Positions 6,597-14,736 of a DNA stretch of 36,151 bases are shown here, piece by piece (position 1 is the first letter of the stretch; the number at the start of each line of letters is the position of its first letter). The notes under the pieces were generated by a model. It searched no databases. It was not told where the DNA came from and worked only from the letters and a program-made list of their open reading frames with translations. Source of the DNA: a virus. The stretch covers positions 1 through 36,151 of IMG/VR virus record IMGVR_UViG_3300013131_000009, one strand, 5' to 3'. The translations under genes were made by a program, and so were the position numbers.

Positions 6597-7259
6597 TTAA
6601 CTTTTTCTAACACGCTTTGGGCGTGAACCACCTAATGGTCTAAATGCATCAATTACCAATCCCACAAGCTCCATACCTTCCTCAAACTCAATGATGTTTG
6701 GTTGAAAATTAGGATTGAGTGCTTGTAAATATTTCCTTTCATCGCTTTCAATCACAAGCTTCTTGAAAGTTGCATCTGAATTACTACGCACAACAACAAG
6801 ATCTTCTGAGATCAGATCTGATACTTGATAACTTGGATTAACTAAAATGTAATCTCCATCTAAGTAAGTTGGTGAATTACTAACTCCTACAACTCTTAAA
6901 TAAAAACACCCATCAGGGTCATCTGAACTTAAAGGTGGTAGCCATTCATTTATATTTTTAGGATCAATAGCCTCAACCGATGTCATTGTGCCTGCCTGTA
7001 CCCACGATAAAACAGGGATTAATTTTGTGGTTACTGGAACAATATTATTGTCCAACTCACAAATAACGCCTTTTTTTAGTTCTTCAGCAGTAACACCTAA
7101 AGCGTTTGCTAATTCAAGAATAGAACCTGTTGACTTAGCATTACCCGTTTCCAAGTCAGAAATAACAGACTGTTTAACTCCAGATTTTTGAGCCAATTCT
7201 TTCTGGGTCATTTTTTTCGCTTTGCGAATTTTCTTTAAATTTTCACCAAGAGTAGCCAT
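6597..7259 (-). CDS. CI-like repressor (XRE HTH + S24 LexA-type autopeptidase domain)
   Basis: The N-terminus MTQKELAQKSGVKQSVISDLETG is an HTH. The C-terminal GVSNSP ... TFKKL fits the Ser/Lys dyad region. Start set at ATG 7259 (AGGAGAAGCGC ATG), because the predicted PRM start excludes the upstream ATGs. Confidence 0.85.
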   Translation of the reverse strand: MATLGENLKKIRKAKKMTQKELAQKSGVKQSVISDLETGNAKSTGSILELANALGVTAEELKKGVICELDNNIVPVTTKLIPVLSWVQAGTMTSVEAIDPKNINEWLPPLSSDDPDGCFYLRVVGVSNSPTYLDGDYILVNPSYQVSDLISEDLVVVRSNSDATFKKLVIESDERKYLQALNPNFQPNIIEFEEGMELVGLVIDAFRPLGGSRPKRVRKS

Positions 7260-7278
7260 GCGCTTCTCCTTCATAACC

Positions 7279-7306
7279 ATTATCGGAATTGTGATACAAA
7301 TTTCAA
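7279..7306 (-). promoter_or_regulatory. PRM-like maintenance promoter for CI
   Basis: The minus strand reads TTGAAA-16 nt-GATAAT and overlaps operator sites. Confidence 0.5.
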
Positions 7307-7343
7307 TCGGTTTGGCTATTGTATAAATATCGGAAAACCTATA
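7281..7343 (+). promoter_or_regulatory. OR: three 16-bp operator sites
   Basis: TATCGGAATTGTGATA (7281..7296), AATCGGTTTGGCTATT (7305..7320), TATCGGAAAACCTATA (7328..7343). Confidence 0.7.
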
Positions 7344-7347
7344 TATT
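7319..7347 (+). promoter_or_regulatory. PR-like early rightward promoter
   Basis: TTGTAT-17 nt-TATATT. It aligns with PL (CTATTGnnTnnATATCGG is shared). One operator lies in the spacer and one over the -35. Confidence 0.5.
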
Positions 7348-7371
7348 TATAAAAAATATAGGAGGTGTTCT

Positions 7372-7572
7372 ATGAGCCAGTGGCAAAAAATGATTATTGA
7401 TTTGAAGGAACAGGGATTAACCCAAACCCAAATCGCTGCTGAGATTAATTGCTCTCAAAACTATGTAAGTAACCTTGAAAACGGCTTATGTGGAAAACGG
7501 ATCGGGTATGAATTGGGAAAAAGCCTGGAGCGTCTATGGAAAAAACACTGTCCACACAGTCCAGCAGCATAG
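7372..7572 (+). CDS. Cro-like HTH regulator
   Basis: 66 aa with TAGGAGGTGTTCT ATG. LTQTQIAAEINCSQNYVSNLENG is an HTH. It is divergent from CI across the operators. Confidence 0.75.
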   Translation: MSQWQKMIIDLKEQGLTQTQIAAEINCSQNYVSNLENGLCGKRIGYELGKSLERLWKKHCPHSPAA

Positions 7573-7580
7573 GTGCGCAA

Positions 7581-7880
7581 ATGGGAGTCGATGATTTGAA
7601 AGAAGCAATCGAAAAGGGATATTTGGGCGGGAAATACACCGTTCCCAAAACCATCAAATTTACACATGAAATGCTTGATGCAATCGCTGTTGCCAGTGAG
7701 ACCAACGAGCAGGATTCGTGTAACTGGGTGCGTGAGGTCATAGCGAAAGCCCTACTAGCTGAAGATGCTAAGTATGAGCGTATGGCAAGAGCGCGTAATC
7801 GGTCAAAGTGTACTTCGGACACTTTGGGACACCAAAAAGAAAGCCCATCTGCTGTAACAGATGAGCCTGATGTTCAATAA
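7581..7880 (+). CDS. Possible ribbon-helix-helix regulatory protein (CII-position gene)
   Basis: Start at ATG 7581 (AGGTG + 5 nt). TIKFTHEMLDAIAVAS...NWVREVIAKAL has a strand-helix-helix pattern. The function is inferred from position only. Confidence 0.45.
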   Translation: MGVDDLKEAIEKGYLGGKYTVPKTIKFTHEMLDAIAVASETNEQDSCNWVREVIAKALLAEDAKYERMARARNRSKCTSDTLGHQKESPSAVTDEPDVQ

Positions 7881-7898
7881 CTTTGGAGATATAGAACA

Positions 7899-8105
7899 GT
7901 GAATATGTTAGCACAAGAACTGCAAACATTGCAGCAATTACCAGCAAATAAAAGGGCTGAAATTGCGGATATATTTTTAGAAAAACTCAAGCACATTGAA
8001 CACCTTGCGATTCAAGCAAAAACCACTCCAAGTCTAAAAAACATAAGCGACTTAAGAAAAGCTGAAACGGATTTTCTTTTGTCGGTTTTAGGGGGTGTTG
8101 CATGA
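7899..8105 (+). CDS. Hypothetical small protein
   Basis: 68-aa ORF with a GTG start 9 nt after GGAGA (alternative ATG at 7905). Its stop overlaps the next start. Confidence 0.55.
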   Translation: MNMLAQELQTLQQLPANKRAEIADIFLEKLKHIEHLAIQAKTTPSLKNISDLRKAETDFLLSVLGGVA

Positions 8106-8920
8106 ATACAGGTGTTGATTTGGACAAATTCATCAAGCAGGCAAAGCCAGTGGAAGATAATTACACCAAAACGCCAAATTACTTGGTGGACAAAGGCTAT
8201 GTGTCTGAGATGACTGGTAGCGCTTTGAAATGCTACGTGGTGATTAATCGTTTTACAGATGGTTTCTCACGTACAAACTGGTCAATCACATCTAGCTTTT
8301 TGCAAGATAAGACAGGAATCAAGAAACTTAAAACTTTAACGGATGCAGTACGTCAGTTAGAGCAATTAGGTTTAATTTTGGTTGTTCGCTCTACTGGTGA
8401 AACTAATAAATTTTCAATAGTTCATCCTGAATTTGAACTACATACCAAAATGGATGGTAGTACCGATAATGGTACGGAGACTACCCCCGAAAATGGTACG
8501 GGGAGTACCCACCAAAATGGAGGGGAGACTCCCCCCGAAAATGGCGCTACTAAGAAAGAAACAAATAAGAAAGAAAATATTAAGAAAGATATATGTGAGA
8601 TTTTCGAGTTTTGGAAAACCACATTCCGCAAAAATGGAAAAACGATTCTCTCTGACAAACGAGCTAGAAAAATTCAATCTCGTCTTGTTGATGGTTATCA
8701 AGTTGAAGATATCAAACATGCAATCTTGAATTGTTCTAAGTCTGATTATCACGTTCAAGGTGGTTATACCGATATTGAGTTAATTTGTCGTGAACCTGAA
8801 AAACTAGATCGTTTTATTAACATGTTCCCTAAAGAACAGGAAAGTACCAGCACTGAACAGCCTGAAACACCACGCAATGCCCCAGTATTGCTTCGTAAAG
8901 AATACAAGGGGGCTAAATGA
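8102..8920 (+). CDS. Replication initiator, lambda O-like N-terminal wHTH plus conserved phage C-terminal domain
   Basis: The N-terminus (TKTPNYLVD...GSALKCYVVINRFTDGF...W) resembles the phage O N-terminal domain. Iterons are embedded mid-gene. The C-terminus (FWKTTFRKNGKTILSDKRARKIQSRLVDGYQVEDIKHAI) resembles the TIGR02220-type phage replication C-terminal domain. It lies upstream of dnaB. Confidence 0.7.
   Translation: MNTGVDLDKFIKQAKPVEDNYTKTPNYLVDKGYVSEMTGSALKCYVVINRFTDGFSRTNWSITSSFLQDKTGIKKLKTLTDAVRQLEQLGLILVVRSTGETNKFSIVHPEFELHTKMDGSTDNGTETTPENGTGSTHQNGGETPPENGATKKETNKKENIKKDICEIFEFWKTTFRKNGKTILSDKRARKIQSRLVDGYQVEDIKHAILNCSKSDYHVQGGYTDIELICREPEKLDRFINMFPKEQESTSTEQPETPRNAPVLLRKEYKGAK
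8445..8600. repeat. Candidate replication origin: five iterons plus an A-rich tract inside the initiator gene
   Basis: (A/T)AAATGG cores occur at 8447, 8466, 8490, 8514 and 8538; the last four are spaced 24 bp apart. Each has an internal palindrome, e.g. GGTAC-GGGGA-GTACC and GGAG-GGGAGA-CTCC. They are followed by AAGAAAGAAACAAATAAGAAAGAAAATATTAAGAAAG. Confidence 0.65.
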
Positions 8921-10281
8921 TGGACTACTTGCATTCGATTCCTACAGAGCAAGGCGTATTGGTTTCTTTGCTTTCACTGACTGATGGTGTTGATCAATTT
9001 ATCGAGCGCTTAACTAGAGATCACTTTTCTGGAAAACATCAAATCATTTTTGATGCAATCCAGGCAATTCATAATCGTGGGGAGCAAATAGATTTTATTT
9101 TGGTTTGGGATGAAATCAATAAAAATCCATTAAACCTGAATTACATCGACGAGCAATACATGCTCAAGCTCAATGCTGATGCTCCAACACTGATCTCAAC
9201 GCTTGAGCAGCATGTTGAAAAACTTGATCGCTTAATGGCTCGTCGCAAGTTCATTGAAATATCAAATTTAATGCAGGGGATGGCTAAAGACTTCACAACC
9301 AATGTTGATGACATGATCAACAAGGCACAAACCATGATTGCAGACATTGGAGACAACAAGCAGTCAAAAGAATTGGCGTTCGTGAATGAGTTTGTTGCAA
9401 GGCTCTATGTTGATCTTGAAGAAACACGAACTGCACGTGAAAACGGAACGTATGTTGATACGGGTATCAAGACAGGATTTATTGCGCTAGACAACAAGAT
9501 TGGCACACTACGTCGCGGTAACTTCGTAATCATTGGTGCTCGCCCAAGCATGGGTAAAACAACGTTTGCTCAAAACATTATGTGTGATATGGCAATCAAT
9601 CAAGACATGGTTGTTCAGTTTCATTCGTGCGAAATGACAGAGGAAGAAATCAGAGATCGTATTGTTTCAGGTGTTGGTCAGGTTCGACTTAGCAACATAA
9701 AAAGCAAGTGTCTTGAGGATGATGACTGGGGGCGCTTAGTGCAGGCAAACAAAATGCTTGAGCATTCTAAATTTGCAATTGATGACTCAGCAGGCGCTTC
9801 TCTCTCAGATGTACGTCGTAAAGCACGGTTACTCAAAGCTAAGTTTGGGCGTGTTGATGCGATCTTTGTTGATTATCTGCAAATCATGAAAAGCCCAGTG
9901 GTGACTGACAATCAAGTTAGAGCAATTGGTGAAATATCAAAAGGCTTGAAAGCAATCGCAAAAGAATTTGATTGCGTTGTTTTCGCATTATCTCAACTTA
10001 GCCGCAACTTAGAGAATCGACCAAACAAACGCCCAGTAAATGCCGATCTACGTGAATCTGGTCAATTAGAGCAAGACGCTGATGTGATTCTCTTTATCTA
10101 TCGGGACGAAATTTACAACAAAGAATCAAAAGATATAGGAACGGCTGAAATCATTATTGGCAAGTGTCGTGATGGTGAAGTCGGAACTGTTCGATTGGGC
10201 ACTGATCTAGCAAGAGCGACGTTTGCAGACTTAGACCCATTCTATTTAGCAAGTTTGCAGGAAGTGGGAGGTGCAGCGTGA
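8917..10281 (+). CDS. dnaB: Replicative DNA helicase, DnaB family
   Basis: 454 aa. Walker A is GARPSMGKTTFAQN. FVDYLQIM, LSQLSR and ESGQLEQDADVILFIYRDE are DnaB signature blocks. Confidence 0.9.
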   Translation: MMDYLHSIPTEQGVLVSLLSLTDGVDQFIERLTRDHFSGKHQIIFDAIQAIHNRGEQIDFILVWDEINKNPLNLNYIDEQYMLKLNADAPTLISTLEQHVEKLDRLMARRKFIEISNLMQGMAKDFTTNVDDMINKAQTMIADIGDNKQSKELAFVNEFVARLYVDLEETRTARENGTYVDTGIKTGFIALDNKIGTLRRGNFVIIGARPSMGKTTFAQNIMCDMAINQDMVVQFHSCEMTEEEIRDRIVSGVGQVRLSNIKSKCLEDDDWGRLVQANKMLEHSKFAIDDSAGASLSDVRRKARLLKAKFGRVDAIFVDYLQIMKSPVVTDNQVRAIGEISKGLKAIAKEFDCVVFALSQLSRNLENRPNKRPVNADLRESGQLEQDADVILFIYRDEIYNKESKDIGTAEIIIGKCRDGEVGTVRLGTDLARATFADLDPFYLASLQEVGGAA

Positions 10282-10517
10282 AGATTAAAACCTATGGCTT
10301 TGACCGCATAAAAATGACAAAACACCTCACTTTAGAGGAGCTTGATCAGCTTCAGAAGCAAGTTAAAGAGCTTCATGCGAATGAGTTCAAAGACGGTAAA
10401 TACTTTGAAAATGGAACGCAAACTATCAGCCTAATTGATAAGAAAGGACAAAAGAAATTAGATCAAATCAGCTGGGCAATCTACAACAAAACTAAGAGTG
10501 TCGGAGGTGCAGCGTGA
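10278..10517 (+). CDS. Hypothetical small protein
   Basis: 79 aa. GTG start within the GGAGGTGCAGCGTGA coupling junction. Confidence 0.6.
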   Translation: MKIKTYGFDRIKMTKHLTLEELDQLQKQVKELHANEFKDGKYFENGTQTISLIDKKGQKKLDQISWAIYNKTKSVGGAA

Positions 10518-10708
10518 AAGACCCATTAGACAACAAAACTCAAGACTGGTGTGAAGTGACTATGCCGCTTGAAGTTGCACAGGCAGCACTGGCAGCGATG
10601 AGAAAAGTATTTCTGGATTGGGATGTGCTGAATGAGAAGCCACCAGAGTTTTTAAAGCACATGACTCATTTGGAGAATTACATCGAGCGTGCAGGGGGTG
10701 AGGTGTGA
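10514..10708 (+). CDS. Hypothetical small protein
   Basis: 64 aa with the same coupling junction at both ends. Confidence 0.6.
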   Translation: MKDPLDNKTQDWCEVTMPLEVAQAALAAMRKVFLDWDVLNEKPPEFLKHMTHLENYIERAGGEV

Positions 10709-11484
10709 AGATCAGACGTATCGTGTGTTGGTTTAGTTGTGGCGCTGATTCGGCTGTAGCGACAAAGATAGTATTGCAACAAGCACCTAAGCTTTATCCA
10801 GATGTACCAGTGATTATTGTGAACAGCCCAATAAAAGAAGAACACTCAGACAATGAGCGATTTTTAAAAGACTGTGAAGTTTGGTTTGGTCAAGAGGTTA
10901 TTAAAATTTATAACCCTAAATACCCATCTGGCAAAAACTCAATATATGAAGTTTTTAAAAGAGGTTTTCTTAAAGGGCCGAATGGCGCTCCTTGTACTAC
11001 ACAGCTCAAGCGCATCCCTCGCGGCTCATTTCAACAAGCGGGTGATTTGCATGTATTCGGTTTTGACTTGGATGAGACTGATCGAGCAATAGATTTTGAG
11101 GAGCGCAATCCAAACATCAAAACATGGTTTCCATTGATAGGCGCTTATCTTTCAAAAGCTGACGGTCTGGCAATGCTTCAGGATGCTGGGATTGAAATTC
11201 CAATGATGTACAAGCTTGGCTACTCAAACAACAACTGTATTGGGTGCGTCAAAGGCGGCATGGGCTACTGGAACAAGATTCGCAAAGACTTTCCAGAAAC
11301 TTTTGACCGTATGGCGGAGATGGAGCGTGAAATTGGTCACTCTATCCTGAAAGACCAGAATCGAATCCCTGTTTATTTAGATGAATTGGACCCAAATGCG
11401 GGACGTATTCAGGATGAACCAAACATTAGTTGCTCATTTAGTTGTGTGATGGCTAAAGAAGATTTTGAGTGGGGTGCAGCATGA
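10705..11484 (+). CDS. PP-loop ATP-pyrophosphatase / PAPS-reductase-like protein
   Basis: The N-terminal VCWFSCGADSAV matches the SGGxDS PP-loop. There is a Cys cluster NNCIGC and C-terminal CSFSC. The size (259 aa) is typical of phage PAPS-reductase-family proteins. Confidence 0.6.
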   Translation: MKIRRIVCWFSCGADSAVATKIVLQQAPKLYPDVPVIIVNSPIKEEHSDNERFLKDCEVWFGQEVIKIYNPKYPSGKNSIYEVFKRGFLKGPNGAPCTTQLKRIPRGSFQQAGDLHVFGFDLDETDRAIDFEERNPNIKTWFPLIGAYLSKADGLAMLQDAGIEIPMMYKLGYSNNNCIGCVKGGMGYWNKIRKDFPETFDRMAEMEREIGHSILKDQNRIPVYLDELDPNAGRIQDEPNISCSFSCVMAKEDFEWGAA

Positions 11485-11726
11485 ACACAAGAATGAAAGT
11501 TATTGAGAACAACATTGCATTGCTTAAAGCAGCAGCCACTCGCTCTAGCCGTATCTCTACGCAAGATTGCGCCGACATTATAGGTTTGCACAGGAGATCA
11601 GCACAGCGCTATTTGGCTGACCTTGAGAGATTAGGCTACTTAGTGGGCGATGGGTGCACCCCACTTGGCTATAAAGCCACTGATAAGACAAAACAATTAT
11701 TTGGCGTGAAAGGAGAAATGGCATGA
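11481..11726 (+). CDS. Winged-HTH DNA-binding protein
   Basis: Start at ATG 11481 (ATGA overlap). ISTQDCADIIGLHRRSAQRYLADLERLGYL is an HTH followed by a wing. Confidence 0.55.
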   Translation: MNTRMKVIENNIALLKAAATRSSRISTQDCADIIGLHRRSAQRYLADLERLGYLVGDGCTPLGYKATDKTKQLFGVKGEMA

Positions 11727-12130
11727 CTCCAACACTCACTCAAATTAGAACAGCTTTGCAGAATCTAGCAGCGAAGAAAGGGCGTCCTGATTATGAGTTG
11801 TGCACAGCGAAAGCAGTAAAGCATGCACTAGAGAGCGGAACAGAACATCACCTAATCGCTGAGTTGCCTTTTTTTGAAATAAAGCAGAAAGAGCAGGATA
11901 AGACAGTTGTAAAAGAACCAGTAAAAAGAGCATATCCAACGGATGCACAAGCTTTAGAAATTGTTATTTGGCTGAATAACTTTAATGGTTTGTACAGAGA
12001 GTTGGCTCAAAAGATTGGATGTGATTGTGCAGTTTTGTCGAAAATAAAATCTAAGAGAAAGAATTTAACGCTTGATATGTACAACAGGATCATGAAAGCA
12101 CGAAAAGAATTAGAGGGAGTTGCGGCGTGA
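11723..12130 (+). CDS. Hypothetical protein with possible C-terminal HTH
   Basis: 135 aa containing LYRELAQKIGCDCAVLSKIKS, with coupled junctions at both ends. Confidence 0.55.
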   Translation: MTPTLTQIRTALQNLAAKKGRPDYELCTAKAVKHALESGTEHHLIAELPFFEIKQKEQDKTVVKEPVKRAYPTDAQALEIVIWLNNFNGLYRELAQKIGCDCAVLSKIKSKRKNLTLDMYNRIMKARKELEGVAA

Positions 12131-12597
12131 GAAAAGAAAAACAAGCACCAAAGGCAAAACACTATCAGTTGCGTTGGAATGTATTTCATGCAGTCGATGT
12201 GGTTGAGCAGTACGAAGCTCAAACAGGTGACAAAAGTGGTGTGCTGCCTTATCCAGTTCTAGCAAAGATTTATCAAGGTAACCTAATGCCAGCATTGCAA
12301 CTTGGGACCATCGTCAATCATCAAACTTACGGTGTGACGTTCTTTGCAAAGATCAAGAAAGAATCGGGCGAGGAGGGAGTTGTGGAACGTGGATTTAGAA
12401 TTGATACGCCAATGAAGTTATCTGAGTTCATCAATGGTTATGAGAACTGCTATGTGAACAAAGGGCATGGATTAAAAGTAAAAGGCTGGAAAGGCGCTAA
12501 GGAAGAATGGTTGTCGATGATGGATGAGGAGTTCCATAACGATACTTGTCTTGATGCGTGGGCAGTGGCGAATTGTTTGGTGAGGGCTAAGGCATGA
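12127..12597 (+). CDS. Hypothetical protein
   Basis: 156-aa ORF with a GTG start in the coupling junction. Confidence 0.6.
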   Translation: MRKEKQAPKAKHYQLRWNVFHAVDVVEQYEAQTGDKSGVLPYPVLAKIYQGNLMPALQLGTIVNHQTYGVTFFAKIKKESGEEGVVERGFRIDTPMKLSEFINGYENCYVNKGHGLKVKGWKGAKEEWLSMMDEEFHNDTCLDAWAVANCLVRAKA

Positions 12598-12758
12598 ACT
12601 TCAATCTAATGATGACGTTGAGAAGTAAATACAATCAAGGTCTTAGAACTAAAGAAACACTTGAAGCAAATCGTATGTACCTGAAATTGCGATTAAACGG
12701 TTTGTTAAAAGAAGCAAAAGCAAGCATGACAAACCGTGACAAGGAGCAAAGCCAATGA
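12594..12758 (+). CDS. 54-aa hypothetical protein (below the track's reporting length)
   Basis: ATGA overlaps at both ends (12594 and 12755) fill an otherwise unexplained 157-nt gap in a tightly coupled operon. Confidence 0.5.
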   Translation: MNFNLMMTLRSKYNQGLRTKETLEANRMYLKLRLNGLLKEAKASMTNRDKEQSQ

Positions 12759-13075
12759 ATGCACAACAATTCATAAAAGACCACGGTGTTGAGAAGGCAA
12801 GGAAAGTTGTTGAGGGTGCGCCTGAGTGGGCAATGAGCATAAATCTCAATAACGGCATGTATTACTCACGGATGGAGCATAAGAAGGGCGATACATTTCT
12901 TTATGACCTCAAGCGCCTCGTTGAGAGTGTTGATAAGGTCATTAAGTTAGGTGGAATTAACGAAGCTAAAGCAGAGTTAAATAGACAATCTATTTTGCGT
13001 TGGATTACTCCTGAAATTCAATCTCTAAAACAAGCCATCGCAGACTACGAGGCAATTGGAGGTGAGCATGTTTAA
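12755..13075 (+). CDS. Hypothetical protein
   Basis: 106-aa ORF that is translationally coupled. Confidence 0.6.
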   Translation: MNAQQFIKDHGVEKARKVVEGAPEWAMSINLNNGMYYSRMEHKKGDTFLYDLKRLVESVDKVIKLGGINEAKAELNRQSILRWITPEIQSLKQAIADYEAIGGEHV

Positions 13076-13334
13076 GGTTGGGCAAGATGTCGTTTTAAAA
13101 AACAGCAGTCAAAACAAGGTTATGAAGATTCAAGCCAACAACGACGAATTTATTAGAGCTTATTGGAGCAAAAAAGAATACTCGTTTGCGCATGAGTCAA
13201 ACTTTAGACACGCAACTGAACAAGAAATCGCAGCAGGGCATCGTTTTGACCATTTCGTTGACATCAACGAAATGGGTGACGACTCACACATTGAGAATCA
13301 TATTAGTCCGCTTTGCAAAGTAGGGGTGAAGTGA
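13068..13334 (+). CDS. Hypothetical protein
   Basis: Start at ATG 13068, 5 nt after GGAGG (ATGTTTAA overlap). Confidence 0.6.
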   Translation: MFKVGQDVVLKNSSQNKVMKIQANNDEFIRAYWSKKEYSFAHESNFRHATEQEIAAGHRFDHFVDINEMGDDSHIENHISPLCKVGVK

Positions 13335-13630
13335 TGAGAAGTGAATTTGAAGAAACTCTTAAGCAACACAAAGATAGTTTGACTAAAGAATTAGAGCAGC
13401 TCGGTAAGCATAGACAAGCTCAATTAGTTGAATGGGATATTGAACAAAACGAGTCAGATTATGAGTTTTATTTCAATGCTGGTTGGAATGCGCAACAATC
13501 CAAAGTGGATGAGCTGCAAAAGCGGGTGGATGCGGCACTTCAACTCGTTAATGAAATGAAGGGAAAACGATATCCATTTTCTGCTTATGCAGACCAGTTA
13601 GAGCAAGCGCTCAAGGGTGGTGGCCAATGA
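13334..13630 (+). CDS. Hypothetical protein
   Basis: Start at ATG 13334 (TGATG overlap), 98 aa. Confidence 0.6.
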   Translation: MRSEFEETLKQHKDSLTKELEQLGKHRQAQLVEWDIEQNESDYEFYFNAGWNAQQSKVDELQKRVDAALQLVNEMKGKRYPFSAYADQLEQALKGGGQ

Positions 13631-13878
13631 CCACATTCAAAGAGGCTCAAAACCAAGCAAAACAACTTAAAAATGCTAAGCGAGGGGGTTATACGCCAAC
13701 AATAGTTAAAGATGTGAATAAGCATCTCAAGCAAAAGTTGGTCAAAGTAGAAAAGCATTTAGATCAAATCTTTGATCAAAAATGGGATGAATGGAAAAAG
13801 ACAGCAGATATGCACTCACAAGGTTTCGCTGATGGTATCGAGTATGCACAACGTCAAATTCAGGAGCTTCTTAAATAA
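13627..13878 (+). CDS. Hypothetical protein
   Basis: 83 aa with an ATGA overlap. Confidence 0.6.
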   Translation: MTTFKEAQNQAKQLKNAKRGGYTPTIVKDVNKHLKQKLVKVEKHLDQIFDQKWDEWKKTADMHSQGFADGIEYAQRQIQELLK

Positions 13879-14159
13879 TGCGTAGAGCAGCAAAGGTTGA
13901 TGCAAATCAAACTGAGATCGTTAAAGCTTTGCGTTCAGTTGGGGCGAGCGTTCAGTCGCTTGCTTCAACGGGTAAGGGTTGTCCTGATCTGTTGGTTGGT
14001 TTTCGTGGTGTGAATTGGTTATTAGAAATTAAAGATGGTCAGAAAGTGAAGTCAGCAAGAAAACTCACAGATGATCAAGTGGTTTGGCATCAGACATGGC
14101 GAGGCAAGGTCTACATAGTTGAATCAGTAGACCAAGCATTGAACTTATTGAACGGTTAG
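13878..14159 (+). CDS. Small PD-(D/E)xK nuclease (VRR-NUC / Hjc-like), putative Holliday-junction resolvase
   Basis: GCPDLLV ... WLLEIK gives the D ... ExK motif in a 93-aa protein, at the resolvase position of lambdoid nin regions. Confidence 0.55.
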   Translation: MRRAAKVDANQTEIVKALRSVGASVQSLASTGKGCPDLLVGFRGVNWLLEIKDGQKVKSARKLTDDQVVWHQTWRGKVYIVESVDQALNLLNG

Positions 14160-14169
14160 GTGGTGAGTG

Positions 14170-14736
14170 ATGAATATTGCAGAAGTTGAAAACATCCAGG
14201 ATAAATTTGCTGAATTTGAATGGCTCACAAGAGGTATTACAGCAAAATCACCAAACTTTGAACCACAGGCACATGGTACTGGGGAAAAGCCTTTGAATTA
14301 TGAAGATCGTTTAGGGGCGATTGCGAGCATGGATACTCAATTAGCAAAGTCAGTGACAGCCCTTATTGTATTTGATGGGAAGTGTGAAAGTGAATATGAG
14401 TATGTGCGTAATCATCTAGTTAAGATCATGTTAGTTAATGCTAAGAGTGATAAAAAGCGTGAGCCTGAACATATCACTATGAATCACTTGGCTTACTTGA
14501 TTGCTCGAATGGTAATTGATTTTGCTTTAAATCCTGAACTTGAGGGGAATTTTACAGCACAAGGTCGATTGTATTATGCAGGGATTAATTCAATGCAAAT
14601 GCAAACTGAGATTTACCGCAAGACATGGAAGCCATACGAAAATCTGATGTGTTTGGCGCTTGAATCTGCGATTGATGAGGCGTCTCAAGCTATTAAGAAA
14701 TATAAGAAAAATACTTACAAAGAAATGCGAGTGTAG
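14170..14736 (+). CDS. Hypothetical protein; possible late-gene regulator (by position only)
   Basis: It is the last gene of the early rightward operon (AGGTGG + 6 nt + ATG) and is directly followed by two terminator modules before the packaging genes. No motif recognised. Confidence 0.6.
   Translation: MNIAEVENIQDKFAEFEWLTRGITAKSPNFEPQAHGTGEKPLNYEDRLGAIASMDTQLAKSVTALIVFDGKCESEYEYVRNHLVKIMLVNAKSDKKREPEHITMNHLAYLIARMVIDFALNPELEGNFTAQGRLYYAGINSMQMQTEIYRKTWKPYENLMCLALESAIDEASQAIKKYKKNTYKEMRV

Noticed and set aside
7445-7822. 125-aa minus-strand ORF antisense to the Cro-like and RHH-like genes
   Set aside because: It is a shadow ORF opposite well-supported, SD-preceded plus-strand genes, with no SD or promoter and a Ser/Cys-rich low-complexity translation.
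8445-8560. Regular ~24-bp repeats that could be mistaken for a mini CRISPR array
   Set aside because: The repeats are contiguous with no unique spacers, lie inside an intact reading frame of a replication initiator, and carry internal palindromes followed by an A-rich tract. This fits origin iterons.
8422-8758. Several ORFs (both strands) overlapping the initiator gene
   Set aside because: The repeats and the A-rich tract keep alternative frames open. None has a start context, and the initiator frame has recognisable N- and C-terminal domains.
10278-10708. Two tiny overlapping genes as a possible toxin-antitoxin pair
   Set aside because: The same overlap and coupling pattern runs through the whole early-right operon, and neither product shows a toxin or antitoxin motif I recognise.
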